Source: Octopus sinensis (lineage: Eukaryota). From it: DNA of 64,000 bases. The stretch lies in contig NC_043001.1 of NCBI RefSeq assembly GCF_006345805.1, forward strand, positions 112,592,001 through 112,656,000, read 5' to 3'. A program made the translations under genes and the position numbers. Below, one piece after another: positions 50,173 through 63,776 of the stretch (position 1 is its first letter; the number at the start of each line of letters is the position of its first letter). The notes under the pieces were generated by a model. That model made no database searches. It saw only the letters and a list, made by a program, of their open reading frames with translations, and was not told where the DNA came from.

Positions 50173-51179
50173 CAAAAGTCAATATTGGCTATAATTTTTA
50201 TCGAATATTTGTAGAGATAAACTTAACAAGTGATGTAAAACGCACTGCTAACACAGTAGGACACGGTGTTGACATAAAAAAAAAACTTTTAATATTCTTT
50301 ATAACATATCATGGTTGCATATCATTAATATTTTCAAATTTTTGCACAACGCCACCAATTATAGCTGGATGCGGTGTAGTCGATTACATCGAAAAGCTCG
50401 GTAGGTATTGAACTCAGATCACCAAGAGCGAGAAGAAATGCCCGCAAAGCTTTTTGTTCGTCGCGCTAACGGTTCTACCAGCTCGCAACAACATCGTTAA
50501 TAACAACACAAATACTTAAGTGTTCAAACAGTTGCAAGTAAGCAGAATATCAGCCGGGAAAATTATAGAAACAACACAGAGGAAGAATATTTGCAACTAC
50601 AGCAATTACGCCGTTAGATCAATAACAACGACTGCAACAGTAACAACAACAACAACAACTGCTACTACTACTATTACTACTACTACTACTACTACTGCTG
50701 CTGCTGCTACTGCTGCTGCTGCAATAAGGCCAAAAAGGCCAACAATCTATAACTTAGAAAACGCCCGACACCAACGCGAAACTATAATGAAATTAAAGCG
50801 AACCGATTGATGTTGTAACTGGTTGTGAAAAGATGAAAGCATCTCCGAAATAAGTGAAATTAGGGTCATGCTTTGGTCTGTTGTGGGAACTGACCCCTGT
50901 GGTCTTAAATGTCACTAGTTCACGTCTGGTCAATACGGTATTGATCGATCACATAGAAAGATTATATCGTTGGAAATAAAATAACACCCTATCGTTTTCC
51001 ATTTGGATTATAAGGCTAGGTGAAGGTACAAACATAAATTTATTATAAAACCTGAGCGGTTCTAATTTGTTGAATGTGTGCGAAGTGTTAAATGCGATTA
51101 TGCGGTGTTCATGCGTTTCTCATAAGTCTTAGTCACTTCATTTTCTAGCGTCGGTGATATGATATTCTATATTGTTATT

Positions 51180-51410
51180 CTTTTACCTGTTTCAGTCATA
51201 TGACTGCGGCCATACTGGAGCACCGCCTTGAAGGGTTTTTATGCTTCTAGTCGAATACATCGACCCCAGGACTATTTCTTAAGTCTAGTACTTATTCTAT
51301 CGGTCTCTGTGCTGGACCGCTATGTTAGGGGAATGTAAACACACCAACACGTGTTGTCAAACAGTGATGGGTGATGGGTGGTGGGGGACAAAAACAGACA
51401 CAAACACACG

Positions 51411-51465
<55 letters not shown>

Positions 51466-51620
51466 GACGGACTTCTTTCTTTTTCTCTCTACCAAATCCA
51501 GCCACAAAGCTTTGGTCAGCCCGAGACTATATTACAAGACACTTGCCCAAGGTGAGACTGAAACCTGAACCATCTGGTTGGGAAACAAGCTTCTTACCAC
51601 ACAACCACTCCTGCGCCTAT
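51180..51620 (-). mobile_element. SINE-B, diverged
   Basis: Family match; a further internally deleted copy lies at about 51670-51975. Confidence 0.82.
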
Positions 51621-52302
51621 ATGGCAACTTTCGTGTAGATTATGGAGTCAGGTTATCAAGGTACTCTCCTTTTTGTTTTACTTGTTTCAGTCATTAGACT
51701 GAACGTAAACACACTAACACCAGTTGTTAAGCGGTGAAGGTGGGGATAGATACAGATACAAAGACAAGTACACACACACACGCACAAAGACACGCACATA
51801 TGTGTGTGTGTATATACGACGGGCTTCTTTCAGTTTCCGTCTATCAAACCCACTCAACAAGGTTTGGCCGGCCTGAGGCTATAGCAGAAGACATATGCCC
51901 AAGGTGCCATGCAGTAGGATTGAACTCGGATCCACGTGGTTGAGAAGCAAACTTCATACCAAACAGCCACACCTGTGTCTGTAACTCAATATTGAGTATC
52001 GTAGCGATATTTGCATGAAAGTCTGATACCAAAGATATGTGGTCCCGTCATTTTGTTTTTTCTACCGGCGCTACGTTGCCCTCTGCGCCTACACTTCTGA
52101 AAATAGCTGCTCTCCACTCTCCACTCAGCCACCCAGCAAAACTGAATGTAAAATGATATCAGCCTGTCTAATCATTCTCTCTTCTTTCTCTCTTTCTCTC
52201 TCTCCCTCTCTCACTCCTTCGCCCCCATATATATATATATATAATATATATATAAGGACAGAATGGACTAAATAGATCAGGAAGAGACACGTGGGATGGA
52301 AG

Positions 52303-52347
52303 TGTCGCTGAAGAGGTCACAGGTGTGTGACGAAAGATTTACAGACA
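52303..52347 (+). ncRNA. Candidate degenerate minimal hammerhead ribozyme
   Basis: TGTCG-CTGAAGA-G-GTCACA(GGTG)TGTGAC-GAAA-GATTTA-CAGACA: perfect 6-bp stem II between the core motifs; stem III atypical. Confidence 0.4.
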
Positions 52348-52519
52348 ATGGACATAAGATAAAACAAGAGGAATAATAGACAAGTAAAGAACGAATATAT
52401 AGTATGCGTGTGTATTTATTTGGCAAGGAAAAAATGACCGTCCCGAAAAATAATAATATAACAATATCAAGAGGCATATCAAGGAAGGCTAGTAGCTCTT
52501 CCAGCTTGCTAGCAAGATT

Positions 52520-52638
52520 CGTGGAGCTTTTAGGTGTTTTCGCTCAATAAACACACACAACGCCCAGTCTAGGAATCGAAACCGCGATCCTCCGACCGCG
52601 AGTCCGCTGCCCTAACCACTGGGCCATTGCGCCTCCAC
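52520..52638 (-). mobile_element. SINE-C 5' head fragment
   Basis: Family match. Confidence 0.85.
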
Positions 52639-52839
52639 TGCTGTTGCTGTCGATGTTATTGTTGTTTAGCCTCTGTCGTAGGCAGAGACATTAAACTATA
52701 TCTGGAGACGAAATACCAGCTAGGGAGTCGATGAATTTTGAGAAGTGTGGATTCCTCTCTCTTTCTACTCTCTCTCTCTCTCTCTCTCTCTCCCTTTCAT
52801 TTTCTCTCTATCTTTGTTTCAAGTTCAACATGCCATATA

Positions 52840-53000
52840 GGCGCAGGAGTGGCTGTGTGGTAAGTAGCTTGCTAACCAACCACATGGTTCCGGGTTCAGT
52901 CCCACTGCGTGGCATCTTGGCAAGTGTCTCTGCTGTATAGCCCGGGCTGACCAATGCCTTGTGAGTGGATTTGGTAGACGGAAACTGAAAGAAGCCCGTC

Positions 53001-53071
<71 letters not shown>

Positions 53072-53301
53072 TGTGTGTATGTGTTTTGTGTCTGTGTTTG
53101 TCCCCCTAGCATTGCTTGACAACCGATGCTGGTATGTTTACGTCCCCGTCACCTAGCGGTTCGGCAAAAGAGACCGATAGAATAAGTACTGGGCTTACAA
53201 AGAATAAGTTCCGGGGTCGATTTGCTCGACTAAAGGCGATGCTCCAGCATGGCCGCAGTCAAATGACTGAAACAAGTAAAAGAGTAAAGAGTAAAGAGAG
53301 T
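52840..53301 (+). mobile_element. SINE-B
   Basis: Near-consensus family match. Confidence 0.9.
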
Positions 53302-54074
53302 AATGCCAGTACTTATCGATGGCTCATGGTATGTATCATGGAGCAGGAGATTGTCCGGTGGTTAAGGCTTAGAGAATTGGGAGGAGAGCTGCCCACACAT
53401 ATGTATCGCACAGACCTCAACTCAGTTTAGGAACATACTCTGGTGTAATGTGAACCAGTCAGATAGTCCAAGGGTTAAATAAGCCTTCTGCCTGAAGAGT
53501 AAGGGACTCTGCTAGTCTCTTACTTTGCTGATCCAACAGAAGGCAATCATCATCATCATCATTGTTCGACCGTGGTCGAGACTTTCATAGTCTTTTCAAA
53601 TGGCTAATAATGTGTGCGCGTGCCACTACTACACGCATTGGAAAGCATTGTACAACCAAGTACTAAAGAAGATCTTTCCTCCTCCATGAAACAAAGCTGT
53701 TCCCGCTGGACGTCAACCCAGTATTTCTAAGCTACGGACCCAGTGATTTATTGTAATCCCTAGATAGATTGCCTTCACTACGGCTAAGGAGCCCTTTCTA
53801 CCCCAGAAGGCAAAGGGAAACCGTTACTACGTCTGTCTCAAGAAAAACCATTCACTTCAGATATTGGCCAGGAGGTCCATGAATTTCTTCGCTAGTAGGC
53901 ATAACGCATGAAAAGAGGAAGGGATAAGAAACATTTATTAAGCAAATCTATGGTCAAAAATCGTTCCAGTCGTGCCAGTCTCGTCTTTGTTTGATATAGT
54001 ATATCGAGAATCATATTGTCCCATAAGACTTTCAAGAATCAGCGATATATAAATATGAATATAGATATATATAG

Positions 54075-54105
<31 letters not shown>

Positions 54106-54167
54106 ATATATATAAATATATATATTATATATATATGTGGTTTTATGTATATATATGTATATATGTA

Positions 54168-54213
<46 letters not shown>

Positions 54214-54285
54214 ATATATAATATATATATATATATATTATGTGAAATAGAAAAGATGAATAATCTTGTAGTAGATTAATCAAAA

Positions 54286-54385
54286 NNNNNNNNNNNNNNN
54301 NNNNNNNNNNNNNNNNNNNNNNNNNNNNNNNNNNNNNNNNNNNNNNNNNNNNNNNNNNNNNNNNNNNNNNNNNNNNNNNNNNNNN
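54286..54385. other. Assembly gap (100 N)
   Basis: Run of N between microsatellite-rich flanks. Confidence 0.99.
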
Positions 54386-54565
54386 TACATACATACATAC
54401 ATACATACATACGTACGTACATACATACTTGCATACATATACGCGTTCAATATAGCTGTCTGTCTTATATATGTGTGTGTGTCTGTCTGTGCATGTGTTT
54501 CTTTTATGCATATGTATGTGTGTGTGTGCGTATTATACTCGCGTAGATGATGATGAGCTGGCTAA

Positions 54566-54972
54566 GGCGGCGAGCTGGCAGAAACGTTAGCACACCGGGC
54601 GAAATGCTTGGCGGTATTGCGTCTGTCGTTGCGTTCTGAGTTCAAATTCCGCCGAGGTCGACTTTGCCTTTTATCCTCTCGGGGTCGATAAATTAAGTAC
54701 CAGTTCCGCACTGGGGTCGATGTAATCGACTTAATACCTATGTTTAATACCTATTCTATGTTTAGCCCCTTGTGGGTAATAAAGAAATAGGTATTGCGTC
54801 TGTCGTTGCGTTCTGAGTTCAAATTCCGCCGAGGTCGACTTTGCCTTTCATCCTCTCGGGGTCGATAAATTAAGTACCAGTTACGCACTGGGGTCGATGT
54901 AATGGACTTAATCCGTTTGTCTGTCCTTGTTTGTCCCCTCTATGTGTAGCCCCTCGTGGGCAATAAAGAAAC
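54566..54972 (+). mobile_element. SINE-A1 dimer (head plus two units)
   Basis: Units start with GGTATTGCGT at 54613 and 54790. Confidence 0.9.
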
Positions 54973-55752
54973 AGATAATGACGCTGATGACAACGACGAC
55001 GACGACGACGACGATGATGATGGCGGTCGTCGTCGTTGTCGTGGCGATGACGATGGTGGTGGTGCTGGTAGTGGCGTCTCCACAGTACTTTACAATTGCA
55101 CACGTCCGTATCACTTTGAAAAGCTCCCCATTGTCATCCGATCACCGACGTTAAGCAACGTTGAACCTTGTTTTCACTTGGTTGATTCAAATGTCTATAA
55201 CCGTCTTTAATTCGGACGCAGACGTGACCGACTGGGTAAGACGTTCGCTTCATAGTCACGGTTCGTTAACCCCATAGTGGTTGGAAACTCTTGGATAACT
55301 TTGTCTTTATGCTGTGGCATGCGAAACTCATCGTAGACGCTCCTGTCGTATAACCTTGCTCTGATGATTCCTTCATATTGATCAAATGTGTGTGGTGCAC
55401 ATTAGTTCACCCCCCCCCATCAAATCGACATTGCTTGAACAGGTGCACGGTGTACCTCACGTCAGGTGTCAAAATAATCGCAGAGCAACGAGAGATGAGG
55501 AGTTTTCCTTAAGAACACAACACACTGCCAAGCCCGGGAATCGAACCCGCGATTGAGAATGCAACATCTAAGCCACTTGGTCACGCGCCCTCATGCACAC
55601 ATATATACAAATACCCACTCGCGTGCACACACACCAACTTTAGTTGTAAAAAATTGTGAAGACTATCGTCTGTTTATCTCAAGTATGCATAGAGTTAAGA
55701 AACTTGCTGGATTTTCTCTCTCTTTTGCTCTCTCTCTCTCTCTCCTTTCTCT

Positions 55753-55792
<40 letters not shown>

Positions 55793-56005
55793 AGTTACTT
55801 CCACAGAGCAATGTGCTTTCGGAAATGTGACAGGCAATCACTACTTTATAATACTCGGCCTTAGCCACATTCTTACCTACTTATCTACTTACTTCCTACT
55901 TGCAAATTTGCCTCTCTACCTATCTTCCTATCTGTCCCACATATCTACCAACAACGAAACTTAAAATGTATCCTGAGGCCCTAAGGCATTTTATAGGCTC
56001 TTGAG

Positions 56006-56242
56006 CAGGGTTCTCAACCGGGGTCATTTGACTCTTGGTGGGGCTATATAAGATTTTGTTGTCAAAATTTATCTACAATAAACAAGTTATACTCTTACAA
56101 TACACAAAATATTTCAACATTTTTTTATACAATTCCTAATAACTTATATAAAAATATAACAGGAGTTTTTAGAGACCGAATGGCTCATGAGAGTCCCCAC
56201 CTTTGAAGAGGTCTGTAGTTAAAAAATGGTTGAGAAACGCTG
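56006..56242. mobile_element. hAT-like MITE, same family as 17744-17969 in the opposite orientation; partial end also at 56517-56615
   Basis: TIRs CAGGGTTCTCAACC / GGTTGAGAAACGCTG; no clear TSD. Confidence 0.7.
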
Positions 56243-56908
56243 ATTAAGACTCCGAACTTAATACTACTGTTTAAACCCAGAGTCACCAGATCAAATAAAT
56301 TTATGGCTATTAATGTCCGAACAGTGATGACCCTCTTTTATTTTAGACAGTATATCAATAGCAACATTAGCCAACGTCTCATTGACAAAAAATGGGATAG
56401 TAGCGTCTGATTTGAGGATATTTAGTGGTAATATCTAACAGGTCGAGAGATCACGTGGTGGTAGCATAAATAGAAAAATATATCTTTGTGACATTTAGTA
56501 TAATTTCATACGAGAACAGTGGTTCTCAATCGGGGCCCATACAACCCTTGGGGTGGTAGTGGGTCTCATATAAGATTTTGTTGTTAGAATCTATGTGCAA
56601 TAAACAAGACTTAAAATTCTTCAAGGTCATGCCCCAATATGGCTGCAGTCTAAGGATTGAAACAATAGATTTATGAACAAAGGTCTTACAACTATGGTTG
56701 TCTCGTATTTTCTGTATAACAACGACTACATTGACCTGTGTGTCTTCATTATTAGGAAGATGATAGAGCATGACTTGAAGTAGATTTGACAGTTATTTCT
56801 AACTCTTAAATATCCCACAAAATGATTCTCTGAGGCATTTTCAAAGCCACTACCGGCGAAAGCATACGAACCTGCGTTCTCTCAGTTGATTTTGTTTCAG
56901 CTGATAAG

Positions 56909-57128
56909 TTATTCCTTTCTACTCTAAGCACAAGGCCCGAAATATTTGAGGAGGGAGCCAGTCGATTAGATTGACCCCAGTACACAAATATACTTAATTT
57001 ATCTATCCCGAAAGGATAAAAGGCAAAGTCGACCTCGGCGGAATTTGAACTCAAAACGTAAAGACAGACTAAATACTGCTAAGTATTTCGCCCCGGCGTG
57101 CTAACGATTCTGCCAGTAAGCCACCTTC
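56909..57128 (-). mobile_element. SINE-A2
   Basis: Family match. Confidence 0.82.
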
Positions 57129-57349
57129 AGTTATTAAAATGAGGTAGAGTATACCTATATCCATTCTGAAGCAGTTGAAGACCTGTTGGTCGATTTATAT
57201 TGGGGAAAACGTGAGCAGGATCCAGCGGGATACAAATGTAAGGCAGAAGAATTGTGAAATGTTTCAGAAGAGATTTACTAAATGATTTATTCAGTGTAAA
57301 CAGTATGTGGTGGGAAGATAAGTATACCGAGGGTCTCTGGGTGGTTGGT

Positions 57350-57850
57350 GGGGGTAGATCGAGTGGGTCTGTATGATAATGGAATGTATCTGGTTGGCCT
57401 GGATGATGATGGGGTGAATCGGGTAGTTGTTTACGGTAATGGAATATATCGGGTGGATCGGGTGGTCTTCGATGTGAATCGGGTAGGTCTGGATGGTTCT
57501 GGATGGTGAAAGATTGGATCGGGTGGATACAGATGGTGAAAGGGTGCATTGGATGGGTATGGATAGCGATGGCGTGCATCGGATATTTGCGGACAGAATG
57601 AAGTAGATCGGGTGAATCGTTTGGTAATGGGTTGGATTGAGTGAATTTGGATGGTGATAGCAGGGTATCGGGTGGCTACAGATAGTGATGGTATGAATCG
57701 GGGGTATCTGAACGGTGATGTGATGGCCTAGACGTGGGCCTAGAGGGTAAGGGAGCGGATCGAGTGGATGAGTATCGTTGGGATCGGATAAATCGGGTGG
57801 ATTTGAATAGTGACGGGGTATATCGGGTGTGTATCGATGCTAATCCGTCG
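57350..57850. repeat. Degenerate ~30-bp G-rich minisatellite
   Basis: ATC-GGGT anchors recur at 30-bp spacing (57358, 57388, 57418, 57448, 57478), then drift. Confidence 0.7.
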
Positions 57851-59433
57851 GGCTTGGACACCGATAGAATATGTAGCAGGCTCGTTCGGTAGAGTGTTGT
57901 AGCAGGAGTGCCCAGTGAACAGTAGCTGCTAGACCTAACACCCTACCCGATATACCTCTGCTACATGGTCCTTCGATACCCTAATTAGAACCCAGTCTGT
58001 TTATAAAATCATTCAAACCGAAACTGATTTCCATCTCACATTGACTCTGTAGTTGTCCAAACTGGGCATCAGCTACTTAAGCCTCGCCAATTTAGGAGGG
58101 GCTGAGAAAAGCAATAATACAGCGCACACATCCTCCTCCTTACTAACTTTCAGAATATATAACTGGCAGATAGACAAGCACTTAGATTGACACACAGACA
58201 GACAGTCATCTTTTTTTTCACTCTTACATTGCAAGAAAAGAGAACGAGAGAACAAAAAATAGAACAGAAAAGAAGAAAAGGAACGCAAAGAAAATGTGTG
58301 ACAAACTCGGTGTCCTGCAGGGTGAACTTTTAATTGTTAGCTTATTTAACGTATTAGAATGGAAAATAGAAATAATTGTACAAAAAAGTGAGGGTGAAAG
58401 CCCCCCTCCTCTCACCGTCTCTATTGTTATGGAATTGTTGTTTTGTATATTATGGCAACAACTACAACAACAACAACTACAACAACAACAACAGTAACAA
58501 CAACAAAGGAAGATTTATGAAATGGTTTATATATTGGCTGAACAACCATTGAGGAATGAATCAAGCGTAATACACGACAATAGCGGGAAATAGGGTCTAT
58601 TATTTATATAAATATATGTGTGTATGAGAAAGTATATATGTGTATGTGTGTATACATGTGCGTGCGTGAGTGGTGTGTGTGTGTGTGTGTGTGTGCGTGT
58701 GTGTGTGTGTGCGTGTGTGTGTGTGTGCGTATGTGCGTGCGTGAGTGTGTATGTGTTAGTGTGTGTGTGTGTGTGTGTGAGTGTGTATGTGTGTGTGTGT
58801 GTGTGAGTGTGTGTGTGTGGTGTGTGCGTGCGTGAGTGTGTGTGTGTGTGTAGATGTGTGTGGATGTGTCTATGTATGTGGGTCTGTAGCACCGAAGTAC
58901 GCAACTTACGTGTGCCCACAGCTGGTCTCCATTCTTTAGCGTCTTTTCTTTTTTCTACTAAACAGCAAGCACACGTATTGAGACCAATACCATCATTACC
59001 ACCACCACTACCACCACCACCACCACCACCACTACTGCTACTACTACTACTTGTACTCATATGCAAATACTCACATAATCACGCACGCGCACACACACAC
59101 ACACACAGAAATACGGTCTCACACTTCCTGGCAATGAGGAAGATGTCACGTTCCCACACACATACATACAAACACAGAAATACATTCATACACAACTGTA
59201 TAAAAATGCACTTACACATACATTTACATCTCTCTCTCTCCCTCTCCACTCTCTCTCTCTCTCAGTCTCTGTGTCTTTGTGTGAGTGTGTGTGTGTGTGT
59301 GTGTGTACCTGTGTGTTTGTCTATATTTTTGCTTACGTATACATGTGTACTACTAATATTGACAGTTTAGTGTGCACGTGCGTTTATATACACGCGTACA
59401 TGCAGACGTAAGTGCACATGCATACAGGCACGC

Positions 59434-59481
<48 letters not shown>

Positions 59482-59721
59482 AACCTCGTTCACAGACCTA
59501 CATACTCGTGCGCGCACATGCTCACGAGCGCACTTACGCACATGTGTTCTTTATGTACACTCCCACGTGCATTGGAACATGTACATACACCCTTGCTTGC
59601 ACACATCCTGGTTACATGCAACCATAGACACACAAACACACATACACACACACATACGCACAAGCACGCACATACACATGCATATATACACAGCGATACC
59701 CGTATACGTTTGCATGTCGAA

Positions 59722-59992
59722 ACACCCACTAACATATACTCAATGGTATGCATATGCATATACCCATATACCCACTATATACCCACTATATACCCATACA
59801 CCCACTATATACCCACTATATACCCACTATATACCCATACACCCACTAACATATACTCAATGGTATGCATATGCATATACCCATATACCCACTATATACC
59901 CATACACCCACTATATACCCACTATATACCCACTATATACCCATACACCCACTAACATATACTCAATGGTATGCATATGCATATACCCATAT
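59722..59992. repeat. Higher-order minisatellite: 117/106-bp units built from 11-bp ATACCCACTAT subunits
   Basis: ACACCCACTAACATATACTCAATGG starts at 59722, 59839 and 59945. Confidence 0.9.
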
Positions 59993-60478
59993 ACATAGGG
60001 CTATACATACGCGATGCCAAATGCTTGTACACTCTACATACATGCATATACATACACACCAGCTATATCACAAACGCTCATACATACACATATACACCTC
60101 ATAATACATAAATATACATTAACATTACACACATGCATATACGCAGAAAACTGCCCCATCTATTTAATAACAAAACATTGTATAATAACTTTTATTTCTA
60201 TCATTGACACGATTGTTTGCCCACAGCCTGTAGCCCTTCCTATACAGCCATTTTTTTCTGTTTGGCCCCTATTTCTATAGGGCCCCCCACATTTCATTTA
60301 ATTTTCCTTTTGTTATAGAGTTGTCTCGTTTTCCTTTTTTATTTTTTCACTGCCAGGGAGTTTTTGTGAATGCGCGTGAATATGTGTGTCTATGTGCATG
60401 TGTGTGTTATATCATATAAACTATATTATATATACAAATATGTATATTTACTTAAATATACACAATATATATATACAT

Positions 60479-60509
<31 letters not shown>

Positions 60510-60512
60510 CAC

Positions 60513-60559
<47 letters not shown>

Positions 60560-61318
60560 CATATATGTGTGTGCGTGCATATATATGTGTAAACAGCCAT
60601 ATATACATATACATATGCATAAAAGAAATAAATAATAGGTGTAAAACAATCCAGAACAAAAAAGAACTCAATACACGAGATAGAGTAAGTAACAAAATAT
60701 GACATATTTTCAGCTGAAACTTCACATGTTTTGACTTTGGGGATCTGTCACTGTCCATCAAATAATGCTTTTCGAAATTTGTTATTTATTATTCAAAAGT
60801 ACGTACAGCTAGTTGTTTAGTTTCTAAGGATTATACTGGGTCTTGATAAAAATCCTTTTAAGTGAAGATTCAGACCCTGATAACATCTTTTATAAATCAT
60901 GAAAGATTATTTGAGACAAGATTATCGGATTATTTGAGACAAGATTATTTGAGACAAGATTATCGGAATACATTTGATCTTGAAGAAATGGCAATATCAT
61001 AAATTATAAAATTATTTGGGACGTATATAGGAACATGCCAAGCCTTATAATTAGGGTAAGAACGGCTGTGATCTATGTATTTCAGAGAAAATTCAATTAT
61101 TACTCCATGGGAAATTTATCTTAAACGTCCGTTGAGATCTAATATTTTATCGCCATAAATGTTTGTTGAAATATAGAATTCCTAACCGCTAAATAGTAAA
61201 TAAACTAGTACCATATTGATGCACACTCTAAACAAATCAAAACGGTTATATTTTTTAATGTGTCTCATCAAAATTTTTTGTCGAAATATTTCAAAACAAC
61301 TAAAGAAGTAGACATTGA

Positions 61319-61723
61319 GGCGCAGGAGTGGCTGTGTGGTAAGTAGCTTGCTTACCAACCACATGGTTCCGGGTTCAGTCCTACTGCGTGGCATCTTGGG
61401 CAAGTGTCTTCTACTATAGCCTCGGGCCGACCAATGCCTTGTGAGTGGATTTGGTAGACGGAAACTGAAAGAAGCCTGTCGTATATATGCATATATATGT
61501 GTGTGTATATGTTTGTGTGTCTGTGTTTGTCCCCCCACCATCGCTTGACAACCGATGCTGGTGTGTTTACGTCCGCGTCAATTAGCGGTTCGGCAAAAAG
61601 AGACCGATAGAATAAGTACTGGGCTTACAAAGAATAAGTCCCGGGGTCGATTTGCTCGACTAAAGGTGGTGTTCCAGCATGGCCGCAGTCAAATGACTGA
61701 AACAAGTAACAGAGTAAAAGAGT
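61319..61723 (+). mobile_element. SINE-B
   Basis: Near-consensus family match. Confidence 0.9.
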
Positions 61724-62199
61724 ATTGAATAGCCTCCATTCTAAAAAAAAAAACGTCTTCTACTGTTAACCAGCACAAAGAACCTTTATATTTCATGTTT
61801 AAGTATAAACATAAAATCGTTGGATTCATTTCTTTTCTATTACTTGAGACTTGGTAAACTGTGAAACTCAACCTCGCAATTTGTACGTACGTATGTATGT
61901 ACGTATGTATGTATGTATGTATGTATGTATGTATGTATGTATGTATGTATGTATCCATGCCTGAATGTATGTATGTGTGTGAGTTATTAAAAGTTAGACA
62001 CTCGAATATAGAAAACTCTTTTCTATCCGTCTACCCCACCTTTTTGGTAACGGAAGGATACTAATGGCCATACCCTTGCCACGAAACATAACAAATGTCC
62101 AGAGACGCAATTGTGTATGTATGAGTATATATGTAGATAGGTAGACAGACAGACAGACATTTAGATAGACCGATGGATAAATAGATTGACAGATAGACA

Positions 62200-62205
62200 G
62201 ACAGC

Positions 62206-62281
<76 letters not shown>

Positions 62282-62284
62282 CAA

Positions 62285-62349
<65 letters not shown>

Positions 62350-62350
62350 C
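62200..62350. repeat. (GATA)n microsatellite
   Basis: Direct reading. Confidence 0.95.
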
Positions 62351-63630
62351 AGACATTTAAATAGATAGACTGATGGACAGACAGACAGACAATTACTTTA
62401 ATTTAAAAGTGTCCTTTCCTTTTAGTTCATTATATTCCATTATCGTTCTATGAATTTTTTTATATTTATTGAGCTCTTTGCTAAAAATGTTTTACACAAA
62501 GAAATATTTTCGTTATAATTTCAAGCTATTATTTCTAATATTACATTATGTATACATAAACATACAAACACATACATGTATACACTCTCTCTCTCTCTCT
62601 TTCTCTCACACACACACACAAACACACACACACACCACACACAACATTTAACTCTTTACTATCAATTATATATCATTGTTGTTACATTTCATTAAAAACG
62701 ATAATATGTTTAAATATATTTTCTTTGCTGTAGAAAAGGGAAGTGGAGCAGTGATTCTTGTCACTCTGCAGCCAGAGATCAATAAGTTATGTGTATTTTC
62801 TATATACACCCTCCTTCATTCCTCAGCCAGAGATCAATATTTTATGCCGTCTATATCGACCACACCCTCCTTTCTTATTTGTACCCCGCCGTCCCCAGCT
62901 ATCCGTCTTCTATGCATACGAAGGAAACACAGACGACGGAGTCAACAATGGAGCCTCTTTGTGCTCACCTGGTCTGCTTGAAATAACAGTCAAATATCCC
63001 TTAGTTCATACACTCGGTTGTCTTGAAATATAGATAGAGATACATTTGAAAATGTAGTCTTAAGAATCACTAAGCCTGGAGAAATAGCAGGATGGTCACA
63101 GCTGGAACATCTTCGGTTATTGTTCTATCTGCTGGTTCAGAGCAAACCTGGGGCTAAACTACAACTACACATAGACATAATATATAATATAAAACCAACT
63201 CCATGCCATCAATACCACCACATACCGACTACATCAACGTACAACGAGCCTAAGTCCACCTCGGACTATATGATTCATTGTGTCCTTTTTAAGTTTGTAG
63301 GATCTGATTCGGTTGCTGTTTGTAGTAAATTGGGTGATAACGAACAGTTTCGTTGTTGTTGCTGTTTTAACCCCAACTCAGCTCTGATCCAATAATAATA
63401 TGATCAGAGGTGTTCTAGCCATGACCATCCCGCCTTAGATATTCACTCATAGTATCCAATGTACCGTTAGTTATTCAAAAAAGGTGAAATTTGAGATAGA
63501 TTTGGCTGCTATTTCCGGCTGAACGAAAGACAACGAAGAGGGTCCATATTGTCTGAAAAATATCCCTTTTAAACGTTTGTTTGAATTAGACTTGCTTGCT
63601 ATTTTTGGCTGGATGAGTAACGACGTTGAG

Positions 63631-63776
63631 CAGTCATAGGCAAACTGCGGCCCGCGGGACGTTCTGAATGACACGATTAATTGCACGAGGAAAAATGTGT
63701 CTTTAATAGTGCGGTCTGCCTCATGATGAACCATGCCCCATGCGGCCCGCTTCTCGACGAACGTTGCTCATGCCTG
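63631..63776. mobile_element. Short hAT-like MITE
   Basis: Ends CAGTCATAGGCAAACTGCGGCCCGCG and TGCGGCCCGC..GTTGCTCATGCCTG; flanks ACGTTGAG and ACTTAGAG (6/8 match). Confidence 0.7.

Noticed and set aside
53484-53547. GCCTTCTG/CAGAAGGC stem enclosing CTGAAGA and a GTAAG/CTTAC helix
   Set aside because: The required GAAA is absent (TTTG follows). It is more likely a retroelement 3' stem-loop before a (CAT)n tail.
58290-58450. Unique, motif-rich segment as a conserved enhancer or exon
   Set aside because: It cannot be supported without cross-species alignment or expression data.
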